Below are positions 56,981 to 63,771 of a stretch of DNA of 64,000 nucleotides, one piece after another. Below the pieces are notes generated by a model. It made no database searches, had not been told where the DNA came from, and saw only the letters and a list, made by a program, of their open reading frames with translations. The stretch is from Clostridia bacterium (GTDB lineage: Bacteria; Bacillota; Clostridia; Oscillospirales; CAG-272), in assembly GCA_017461945.1 (NCBI GenBank), contig JAFTSB010000057.1:3594-67593 (forward strand). Direction: 5' to 3'. A program made the position numbers and the translations under genes. Within the stretch, counting starts at the first letter, position 1. Every line of letters starts with the position of its first letter.

Positions 56981-57006
56981 GGGTGTACAAAGGGTGTACA
57001 AAACAG
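56981..57006 (+). repeat. right copy (tandem GGGTGTACAAA x2) of the motif also found at 54779-54803
   Basis: GGGTGTACAAAGGGTGTACAAAACAG, about 90 nt inside the right junction. Confidence 0.8.
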
Positions 57007-57095
57007 CGATTAGCAGGTTTAGGACACAAAATCCTTGTAGTGTTTGAGTCTATCCTCATAAGGTTTCATTCTATCCTCGCGGATAGACCTACCGA

Positions 57096-57133
57096 TTAGG
57101 AGGGGCTTGTTATATCCATTTAACTATGCAGGC
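57096..57133 (-). pseudogene. 5' half of the split tRNA-Arg(CCT) gene (acceptor 5' strand to anticodon loop)
   Basis: The minus strand reads GCCTGCATAGTTAAATGGATATAACAAGCCCCTCCTAA and then diverges (TCGGTAGG...). GCCTGCA pairs with TGCGGGT of the fragment at 54599-54642. Confidence 0.85.
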
Positions 57134-57405
57134 GTATTCAATTTTTGACACCGTATCGGCGTTTTTGTCGCATTTTGCTGCCAAATAGGTGCTGTTCGGC
57201 AGCAGCAACAGTGGAGCATCGCCCCGACACAACGGCTTGTGCATTACAGAGTATACCACATTTCGGACAAAAAGGCAAGAGCTTAAAAAAGCTTTTGGCA
57301 AGATTTTATGTGCGGTCAAGTGTGTTCCGTGCTCGCCAGGGAAAGTAAAAGTATGAGTTTCTTGAAATTTGATCGCAAAAAGTTCAAAAATCTTGGAAAA
57401 AGAGC

Positions 57406-57435
57406 TTGACATTTGCTTCTTGATTATGTTATAAT
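57406..57435 (+). promoter_or_regulatory. sigma-70-like promoter of rplU-prp-rpmA
   Basis: TTGACA (57406-57411), 18-nt spacer, TGtTATAAT (57427-57435). Confidence 0.7.
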
Positions 57436-57523
57436 AAATGGCCGCTTGAAAAAGGCTATGTGAAGTGTATCCTCGCGATACCGCCTGAGATCAGCGAGTC
57501 TATAAGAAAGAGAGGTGCTTTTC
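57436..57523 (+). promoter_or_regulatory. 5' leader of rplU; possible L21-leader-type autoregulatory RNA
   Basis: An ~88-nt untranslated leader between the promoter and GTG 57524. It sits in the position where Firmicutes carry the L21 leader. The structure was not verified. Confidence 0.3.
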
Positions 57524-57835
57524 GTGTACGCAATTATCGAAACCGGCGGAAAGCAGTACAAGGTCAACGAAGGCGACGTTATCTTCGTTGAAAAGCTCGG
57601 CGTTGCTGAGGGTGAGACCGTAGAGTTCACCAATGTAAAGGCTCTGTCCAAGGACGGCGCTCTGGTTGTTGGTACTCCCGTTGTTGAAGGCGCAAAGGTT
57701 ACCGCTACCGTTGTAAAAGAGGGTAAGGGTAAGAAGGTCGTTGTCTTCAAGTACAAGTCCAAGAAGAACGAGAAGAAGAAGATGGGCCACAGACAGCCCT
57801 ACACGAAGGTTCAGATCAACGCTATCGTTGGTTGA
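57524..57835 (+). CDS. rplU: 50S ribosomal protein L21
   Basis: (V)[27 protein letters not shown] start after GAGAGG. Confidence 0.95.
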   Translation: MYAIIETGGKQYKVNEGDVIFVEKLGVAEGETVEFTNVKALSKDGALVVGTPVVEGAKVTATVVKEGKGKKVVVFKYKSKKNEKKKMGHRQPYTKVQINAIVG

Positions 57836-57837
57836 TC

Positions 57838-58215
57838 ATGACGACCATCACATTTTTCAGAAGCGACGGTATCTTTTACGGGTTTGAGGAAAAGGGCCAC
57901 GTTGGCTATGGCGAGTGGGGCAGCGATCCCTTCTGTGCAATGCTTTCCTCCCTGACCATGTACATCGTTGACGCCATTGAGGAGGTCTATCATGGCGAGG
58001 TCACTTACGATATCAACGACGGTGACACGGTGATTACCATTCGCTCCAAATCCGCTCTCCCTGCCTATGAGGCTGATGAGCGCGTACGCTTTGCCGTTTC
58101 GGGCTTGTTCCTTACGTATTATACGATGCTTGAGGATATGCTGCTCCACGGTGATATGTACGAGTTCACGGGGGACGGTGGCCTCGTCGTAAAGGTCGAG
58201 GACAAAGAATTTTGA
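57838..58215 (+). CDS. prp: ribosomal-processing cysteine protease Prp
   Basis: The His/Cys dyad context GHVGYGEWGSDPFCAMLSS, located between rplU and rpmA. Confidence 0.85.
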   Translation: MTTITFFRSDGIFYGFEEKGHVGYGEWGSDPFCAMLSSLTMYIVDAIEEVYHGEVTYDINDGDTVITIRSKSALPAYEADERVRFAVSGLFLTYYTMLEDMLLHGDMYEFTGDGGLVVKVEDKEF

Positions 58216-58281
58216 CCAAAACCGCCATTGGCGGTATCCGCACACGCACGTGTGTAATTTGATAAGGAGGATTTTCGAACC

Positions 58282-58560
58282 ATGTTGAGAATCAGCTTGC
58301 AGTTCTTCGCCCACAAGAAGGGCGTTGGTTCTACCAAGAACGGCCGCGATAGCGAGTCCAAGCGTCTTGGTGTAAAGGCAGCAGACGGCCAGACCGTAAC
58401 CGCCGGCAGCATTATTGTTCGCCAGAGAGGCACTGCTATTCATCCCGGCAACAACGTTGGCATCGGCAAGGACGACACCCTGTTTGCTCTCATCGAGGGT
58501 AAGGTGAAGTTCGAGCAGAAGAGCCGCGACAAAAAGCAGGTTAGCGTTTACGCCGACTAA
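58282..58560 (+). CDS. rpmA: 50S ribosomal protein L27 with a Prp-cleaved N-terminal extension
   Basis: [32 protein letters not shown]. Confidence 0.95.
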   Translation: MLRISLQFFAHKKGVGSTKNGRDSESKRLGVKAADGQTVTAGSIIVRQRGTAIHPGNNVGIGKDDTLFALIEGKVKFEQKSRDKKQVSVYAD

Positions 58561-58574
58561 ATTTTGTACAGAAT

Positions 58575-58608
58575 AAAAAGGGCGCGCCATCATGGCGCGC
58601 CCTTTTTA
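58575..58608 (+). terminator. intrinsic terminator
   Basis: AGGGCGCGCCAT / ATGGCGCGCCCT followed by TTTTT. Confidence 0.85.
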
Positions 58609-58732
58609 GCATTGCCAAGAGGTGGTCGACGTACTTTTGTACGCCTTGGCCCCCCTTGGCAATGCATCTGCCCCAAAATCGATTGTCGCAACAATCTTTT
58701 TTGAAAAAAGCCAAAAAAATTCAAAAACCCCC

Positions 58733-58761
58733 TTGACAAACCCGTTGTTTTTTAGTATAAT
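58733..58761 (+). promoter_or_regulatory. sigma-70-like promoter of tRNA-Ser
   Basis: TTGACA (58733-58738), 17-nt spacer, TATAAT (58756-58761). Confidence 0.75.
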
Positions 58762-58777
58762 ATATGAGTCGCAGCAC

Positions 58778-58869
58778 GGAGAGATGGCTGAGCTGGTCTA
58801 AGGCGCACGACTGGAAATCGTGTTAGGGCTAATACCCCTACAAGAGTTCGAATCTCTTTCTCTCCGCCA
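58778..58869 (+). tRNA. tRNA-Ser(GGA)
   Basis: 92 nt. Acceptor GGAGAGA/TCTCTCC, anticodon arm CACGA-CTGGAAA-TCGTG, long variable arm, T arm AAGAG-TTCGAAT-CTCTT, then G-CCA. Confidence 0.9.
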
Positions 58870-58873
58870 CGAC

Positions 58874-58902
58874 AAAAGGACGTCCGAAAGGGCGTCCTTT
58901 TT
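58874..58902. terminator. bidirectional terminator between tRNA-Ser and the integrase gene
   Basis: GGACGTCC-GAAA-GGGCGTCC flanked by A4 and T5. Confidence 0.8.
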
Positions 58903-58906
58903 GCAT

Positions 58907-59764
58907 TTAAAACACCTCCAGGCAGCGCTTTTGCACGCTGACGTCCGGGTGCAGATACGTATCGGCGGTGATCGCGATATCAGAGTGGCCGAGCACGTCG
59001 GAAATGATTTTGAGATCCACGCCCTTTTTCAACATCAACGTAGCGTAGCTGTGCCGGAGATCGTGAAAGCGTATGTTAGGGAAATCGAAATTCTCAAGCA
59101 AGATCTTAAATCGGTTCTCCATCTGATTAGGCGTGAGCTTGCAAGCGTAGGATCCGTTATAGGGAGTACAGCATAGCATATCAAAATGCTCCGGTCGCAG
59201 AAGGATGTACCGATCAGAGTCCTCGGTCTTGCAAGGAGTGACCACCTCGCGACCGGACTCCCAGGATCGAGACCGCTGCACGTGCAGCGTCATATCACAC
59301 GGATCCAGGTCGCGCTCTGGGATGATGCCAAGGCACTCACCGCGGCGCAGGCCGTAGCACAGCGCCATGGTCACCGGGATTTCCAGGGAAGTTCCCTGAA
59401 CACAATCAAGCATACGGCGCATCTCGCTTTCCGGCAACACTTGATATTTATACCGGTTGATCCGGGGGAGATCAAAGCGGCCGTAAGGATTGAAATCCAT
59501 ATAACCGCGCCGGATCGCGTAATTGATCATCTTGCGCAACGTGGCGTGCACGTAGACGATCGATCGGTTAGAAAGGCCACGGCCTTTCAGCAGCTCGGTG
59601 AGGAAATCAAGATCAGATACGGTCAGACTGTCGGCCGGAAAGTCACCGAACGCAGGCAGCACGTGCCGGTGCAGGTTCACCCGGTACCCGCGCACGGTGG
59701 AGGGGCGCAACCGGCGCTCACAGTAGTTTTTGAGGAATTCCTCGGCAAGGGTGTTAATGGTCAT
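58907..59764 (-). CDS. tyrosine site-specific recombinase/integrase
   Basis: SAM-like N-domain (NTLAEEFLKNYCERRLRPSTVRGYRVNL). Catalytic contexts LRRGECLGI, HDLRHSYATLML and GHSDIAITADTYLH. Confidence 0.9.
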   Translation of the reverse strand: MTINTLAEEFLKNYCERRLRPSTVRGYRVNLHRHVLPAFGDFPADSLTVSDLDFLTELLKGRGLSNRSIVYVHATLRKMINYAIRRGYMDFNPYGRFDLPRINRYKYQVLPESEMRRMLDCVQGTSLEIPVTMALCYGLRRGECLGIIPERDLDPCDMTLHVQRSRSWESGREVVTPCKTEDSDRYILLRPEHFDMLCCTPYNGSYACKLTPNQMENRFKILLENFDFPNIRFHDLRHSYATLMLKKGVDLKIISDVLGHSDIAITADTYLHPDVSVQKRCLEVF

Positions 59765-60762
59765 TTCATTTTCTCCTTTTCTTCATCGGTCATTTGTCTG
59801 ACACGGGTCATACGGTAGCCAAAACCTACCATCCACTCATACGTAACGACGACGTACTCAACGTCACGACGCAACTGCTCGTTATCGGTATATACAAGAT
59901 CACCATCAGTCACGTCATCCAGCTTGAGCTTGCGCGCAATTTCCTTAAAAACTCCGGTAAAAGAGCACAAGCGCCGACCGGCAAGCGCGGTAGACAACAG
60001 ATCTACAGCACGATCAATCTGCTGATCAGTTCCACGCAGATAATCAGCATCTTTCAACGTATACTTAGCCACCTCAAGGACGGCGCCCTTCAAACTGACC
60101 TCACCGTCATCCATTTCACGAGCTCGCACCTTGTGAATCTCTACCGAAGGATCATAATCCAAACGGCAGCACTCACGCCAAAGCTGCATAAGCTCATCGT
60201 GGTTTATGTAATCCTTACCGTGAAAGTAAGATTCTCTAACGGCAATAATCAAATGCAAATGGGGATGCCACTCAATGCTCCGAAAATACTCCGGGTGGCG
60301 CGTAATCTCAACGGCTTTGAAAACGCCTTTGAATGCTCGATGCACTTTGGCGCGCTGCATAAAACGATTAAAAGCACTTTGGATATCATCTAAGGTACGA
60401 ATCAAATCTGATCCGGCACAGTTCCGAACGGTCAGAGTGCAAAAAACAAAGCGATACCCTTGTGCAGACAACACGTCCATGATCTGCGAGATCTGGCCGT
60501 AAATCTTACGTGTTCGTCTCCACGTACACATGCGACAAAGGCGATCTTTACAAAAATTAGCAAATGATAGCCGAGGAGGGGAACCATCTGTAAAAAAATG
60601 CCACTCGGTATACGTACCACACAGCTCCACAAGTTTGGCACGATCGTGCATACCAAGCCGCTGATAAGAAAAGATCAAGGGCTGATTATCAAGCTTTCGA
60701 TCCACAAACTTGGTGCCAAGCTCACCGCTCTCCAGCTCGTGAGCGGTATCATCAAAATTCAA
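59761..60762 (-). CDS. rolling-circle replication initiator, Rep_1 (pC194/pUB110) family
   Basis: HUH motif WHPHLHLIIAV, active-site Tyr context LEVAKYTLKD, and Cys-rich FANFCKDRLCRMCTWRR. The stop overlaps the integrase ATG (ATGA). Confidence 0.85.
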   Translation of the reverse strand: MNFDDTAHELESGELGTKFVDRKLDNQPLIFSYQRLGMHDRAKLVELCGTYTEWHFFTDGSPPRLSFANFCKDRLCRMCTWRRTRKIYGQISQIMDVLSAQGYRFVFCTLTVRNCAGSDLIRTLDDIQSAFNRFMQRAKVHRAFKGVFKAVEITRHPEYFRSIEWHPHLHLIIAVRESYFHGKDYINHDELMQLWRECCRLDYDPSVEIHKVRAREMDDGEVSLKGAVLEVAKYTLKDADYLRGTDQQIDRAVDLLSTALAGRRLCSFTGVFKEIARKLKLDDVTDGDLVYTDNEQLRRDVEYVVVTYEWMVGFGYRMTRVRQMTDEEKEKMK

Positions 60763-60805
60763 ACCTTTTCACCACCTTTCTTTTAGTGCAGCGAAGATGT
60801 TAACG

Positions 60806-61278
60806 ACGTTACGGTTTACCACAGTTCACACAGCGCGCTACTACTATAGTCCTGCGCTCGCTCCCGCGGCGCGTTACGCTGCGCTTTCATATATTTAGAG
60901 AGAACATTATAAAATTTTGCTCATGAAGAGAACGAAGGATGCGGACGTGTGGAAACTATGGAAAACTCCATATAGTCAGATAAAATGATTCAAATACGTT
61001 TGAGTTTACCACAGTTCCCACACGGGAAGCTGTGCAAACTATGGAAAACCGGACGGTAATGCAGCTAAGGAGGGGGAGGCGCCCCTGGCGCCTTTTTTAC
61101 ATCCCCCCGTAGTCCCCCTTCCTACTGTCAGAACCTACTCGGCGGCCTCTTGGTGTGGTGTCGCTCGCTGCGCTCGCTTTGGGGAAAGCCGCCTATCCTA
61201 ACTTTTGCCTTTCGGAAGGGGGACTGATAAGCGAGACACCGAACAGCCTCCGGCTTTCGGTTTTAACACTTTCGGTTT
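60806..61278. repeat. three sets of short direct repeats upstream of rep (iteron-like)
   Basis: GTTTACCACAGTTC at 60814-60827 and 61004-61017. AAACTATGGAAAAC at 60953-60966 and 61036-61049. CTTTCGG at 61209-61215, 61254-61260 and 61269-61275 (the last two as CTTTCGGTTT). Confidence 0.8.
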
Positions 61279-61313
61279 CTCGCGCTCTTCCAATGAAATA
61301 GAATTTTGATGAT

Positions 61314-61475
61314 TTAATGAGCTGTATCAGAAGAGATGTAAGTGAAAGTGACGTCAATGTGGAATTCATTGGGATTTCTGTTGCTAATAACAGCATCAAC
61401 TGCAAATTCATTGCAAAGTAAAGAATGAACCTTTAAAAAAACTTCTAAAGAATCAAAAACCGCATGAAATTTCAT
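61314..61475 (-). CDS. small hypothetical protein (53 aa), below the ORF-track cut-off
   Basis: AAGGAG SD 8 nt before ATG 61475. MKFHAVFDSLEVFLKVHSLLCNEFAVDAVISNRNPNEFHIDVTFTYISSDTAH. Overlaps the track ORF 61193..61411 in another frame, which has no SD. Confidence 0.45.
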   Translation of the reverse strand: MKFHAVFDSLEVFLKVHSLLCNEFAVDAVISNRNPNEFHIDVTFTYISSDTAH

Positions 61476-61554
61476 TTTCAAAACTCCTTACATTGAAAAC
61501 TATAATAAGATGTAGAATTTTAATTTTGGGCACAGGAGTTGTTTCTATATTCTC

Positions 61555-61900
61555 AAGGCAAGGCACGCGCTCCGCGCGTACGTCGTCGGAGGGTGCGAGA
61601 CCCACGCCAGAGCCGCGCGCAAGCGCGGCGGCACGTGGCATGGTTCTCGCGCTCTCCGATCGACGGGAGGCGGGGAACGGGGAAAGCGAAAAGCCGGTAG
61701 GCCCTTACGGGCGCAAGCTTTGCAGCTTGGGTCCGCCGAGCTCGGCTCCCTGGGAGCCTCGGGTCGATGCGACTTGGGCTCAATGGGGAAAGACAACGTC
61801 CTTTCCATAGACACCGAAACATAGTGCCTCTCAACCGACCGCACCTGGCGTGGGCTGATAGGGAAAGGGGGAAGGGGCAAAACTTGTTGCTTTGGGCGGA
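61555..61900. other. GC-rich, hairpin-dense non-coding segment (candidate structured RNA or single-strand origin)
   Basis: Hairpins at 61565-61579, 61612-61629 (GCCGCGC-GCAA-GCGCGGC), 61744-61758 and 61787-61806. A 10-nt long-range complement joins 61601-61610 and 61845-61854. Only overlapping R/P/A-rich ORFs occur, on both strands. Confidence 0.5.
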
Positions 61901-62290
61901 TCAAGTGGAAAAACCAACAGTCTCGAAAACAAGATTGAACAGAGCACTCATAAAAGCAAAGCCTTCGGTCAACAGCTCCCAGATCAGACGAACAAAATCA
62001 ACAAAGAATTTGAACATACCGACAAAGTAATTCACCAGGAAATCTTTGATGTTTATAAAAAAGCCTTCCACACCGGAAAGATCGCTGTTCCACTTGAAGG
62101 AATAGGGGCTATATACCCCATCTTTGAAATTGGTAACGAAATCAACCAGATCGTCAAAGTTAGGATCAAACAACTGCAGATCTAACAAGATGCGATCGAG
62201 AGAGATCTCACCAACACCGTTTACGGCTCGGATCAGCGAGATACACACCAAAACACCACAGATCAAAGCAAGGAACTTGGGTACTCTCAA
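61901..62290 (-). CDS. small membrane protein (129 aa)
   Basis: N-terminal hydrophobic segment FLALICGVLVCISLI and a hydrophobic C-terminal third. The ATG overlaps the upstream stop (4 nt). Confidence 0.65.
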   Translation of the reverse strand: MRVPKFLALICGVLVCISLIRAVNGVGEISLDRILLDLQLFDPNFDDLVDFVTNFKDGVYSPYSFKWNSDLSGVEGFFINIKDFLVNYFVGMFKFFVDFVRLIWELLTEGFAFMSALFNLVFETVGFST

Positions 62291-63771
62291 AGCACCACCT
62301 TCTTTACAATGATCAGCAGCACGCAGATCGCAAGAATGGATCCAAACGCAGCTCGCATATCAAGACCCAGGACCTCAAAATTGAAAAGACTCTGAAAGGT
62401 ATTGACAGGGGTTTCAACAACCGAAAGCATCAAGCTACGCCAATCACCGGTCTCAGAGATCTGAAGTCCTTCCTTTTTGCCGGCAGAAAAACCGACGTTA
62501 TAACCGACACCATAGCCGGAGTCATAGCTATCCTGGATCGACGTGCCGGAGATCGACTCTTGGCCGGCCATGAACCCTTGTGTATAACCATAAGAGTAAC
62601 CGGGGGAAGCTGCAGTCAGATCTGTCCAAAGACGAAGGCTTGAAAAACTGATCAAAGAAAAACTGCCGGAATACGCCCGGATCGTAAAGAAAAGGATCTC
62701 CTTGGTACTAACCGCATCGCTATAGAAATAGTTAGAGGTACCGTCAGTCTTGATCCAAAGCATAGTACCGCCATCCTCGGCAGCATCTTGAGGCCATTCG
62801 GGCGCCATAATCAGACCGGGGTACGTTGCACTGGGAAGATTGGTATAGATAGGTTTACTGAAAATAAACGACGTGCCGGTAACCGTGCGAGTGCTCCAAT
62901 TAAAGCGAGCTTCCAGATCCGAAAGCAACGAAGCATCAAAGCTGCCGACCAGTTCTGTTATATAACTGATCACATAATTGTACGAACTCGTGAAAGAAGC
63001 GGTACCGTTTGAAAAATCAAAAGGCACGTGATACAAACTATAACTTGAGCTTACGCCATCTACGGTGTATTTGAATGAAAGGGTCAACGTGCAAAGCTCA
63101 AAGATGTTCTTTACAGACGAGTTCTGCAACACATCCGAAAATTCATTCATGGCAGCATCAAAGCCCTCTTGATATTCATCGGAAGCGGAATTATCTGTCG
63201 ACAACGACTGCAGCCACAGCCAGGGCACGGTGTAATCGGGGCGATTGGAAGGAGGCCTACTCACATAAGGATGGCACGAAATATAAACGCTATAATCATC
63301 ATACGTCTGACCGGACTCCATACCCCACTCAATACCAATGGTAATGGTGGATCCTTGCTGAACCTCGATTTCTAAAACCTCCTCGCCGGCCATACCGTCA
63401 AGGACAAAAAATCGATCATCAACACCGATAGAAATATCAAAATATCTAAAACCGGCTTCTGCAGGAAAATCGCTATAGTAATCAACGTAGATCATGCACG
63501 TGGAATAACGTTCCTTAGTCACAGTAAACGTGGCAAGATCACCGTACTGTGCACTTTGGCCGTCTGCTGTGATATACATCAAGCCATCATTATCAAATAT
63601 GATCTGATCTTCTATCAGCACATCAGGAGCATAATTCCACACAATGATATTGTCATTGTTCGTATAAACGTAATCTTCGATATAGTTGATCTCGGACGCC
63701 GACACCGGGATCACCGTCATGGCGACAACCGCAACCAACGCGCCGATCAGCGCAATTACTCTCTTGTACAT
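62287..63771 (-). CDS. secreted protein with a C-terminal membrane anchor (494 aa); possible adsorption/spike protein
   Basis: Signal peptide MYKRVIALIGALVAVVAMTVIPVSA/SE. G/S/Y-rich tract GYSYGYTQGFMAGQ...GYGVGYNVGFSAG. C-terminal TM AAFGSILAICVLLIIV followed by KKVVL. Confidence 0.7.
   Translation of the reverse strand: MYKRVIALIGALVAVVAMTVIPVSASEINYIEDYVYTNNDNIIVWNYAPDVLIEDQIIFDNDGLMYITADGQSAQYGDLATFTVTKERYSTCMIYVDYYSDFPAEAGFRYFDISIGVDDRFFVLDGMAGEEVLEIEVQQGSTITIGIEWGMESGQTYDDYSVYISCHPYVSRPPSNRPDYTVPWLWLQSLSTDNSASDEYQEGFDAAMNEFSDVLQNSSVKNIFELCTLTLSFKYTVDGVSSSYSLYHVPFDFSNGTASFTSSYNYVISYITELVGSFDASLLSDLEARFNWSTRTVTGTSFIFSKPIYTNLPSATYPGLIMAPEWPQDAAEDGGTMLWIKTDGTSNYFYSDAVSTKEILFFTIRAYSGSFSLISFSSLRLWTDLTAASPGYSYGYTQGFMAGQESISGTSIQDSYDSGYGVGYNVGFSAGKKEGLQISETGDWRSLMLSVVETPVNTFQSLFNFEVLGLDMRAAFGSILAICVLLIIVKKVVL

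Larger units (their letters stand above)
54643..57095. mobile_element. 2453-bp AT-rich insertion in the anticodon loop of tRNA-Arg(CCT); carries its own tRNA-Arg(CCT) and three genes, with no recombinase gene
   Basis: Bounded by the 7-bp direct repeat TTAGGAG (54636-54642 and 57096-57102; CTCCTAA on the tRNA strand). The flanking tRNA halves are complementary to each other. Confidence 0.75.

Noticed and set aside
57110-57412. 100-aa minus-strand ORF between the tRNA-Arg 5' fragment and the rplU promoter.
   Set aside because: It runs through the tRNA fragment and the rplU promoter, has no SD, and its sequence is not protein-like.
58609-58665. An 11-bp inverted repeat, GCATTGCCAAG...CTTGGCAATGC with a 35-nt spacer, between the rpmA terminator and the tRNA-Ser promoter.
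   Set aside because: It is real in the sequence, but I have no supporting context. It could be an accessory hairpin of the terminator region, and I found no repeat copies elsewhere in the window.
61193-61411. 72-aa minus-strand track ORF in the element's intergenic region.
   Set aside because: It has no SD and starts internally to a different-frame 53-codon ORF that does have a consensus SD. At most one of the two can be real.
61493-61904. Track ORFs of 105, 119 and 93 aa covering the GC-rich segment of the element.
   Set aside because: They overlap one another on both strands, are Arg/Pro/Ala-rich, and have no SD. The region is better explained as structured non-coding DNA or RNA.
63168-63174. 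CTTGATA heptamer (the pC194-type nick core) inside the 494-aa gene.
   Set aside because: It is on the strand opposite to rep, has no flanking origin-like sequence, and a heptamer is expected by chance in a few kb.
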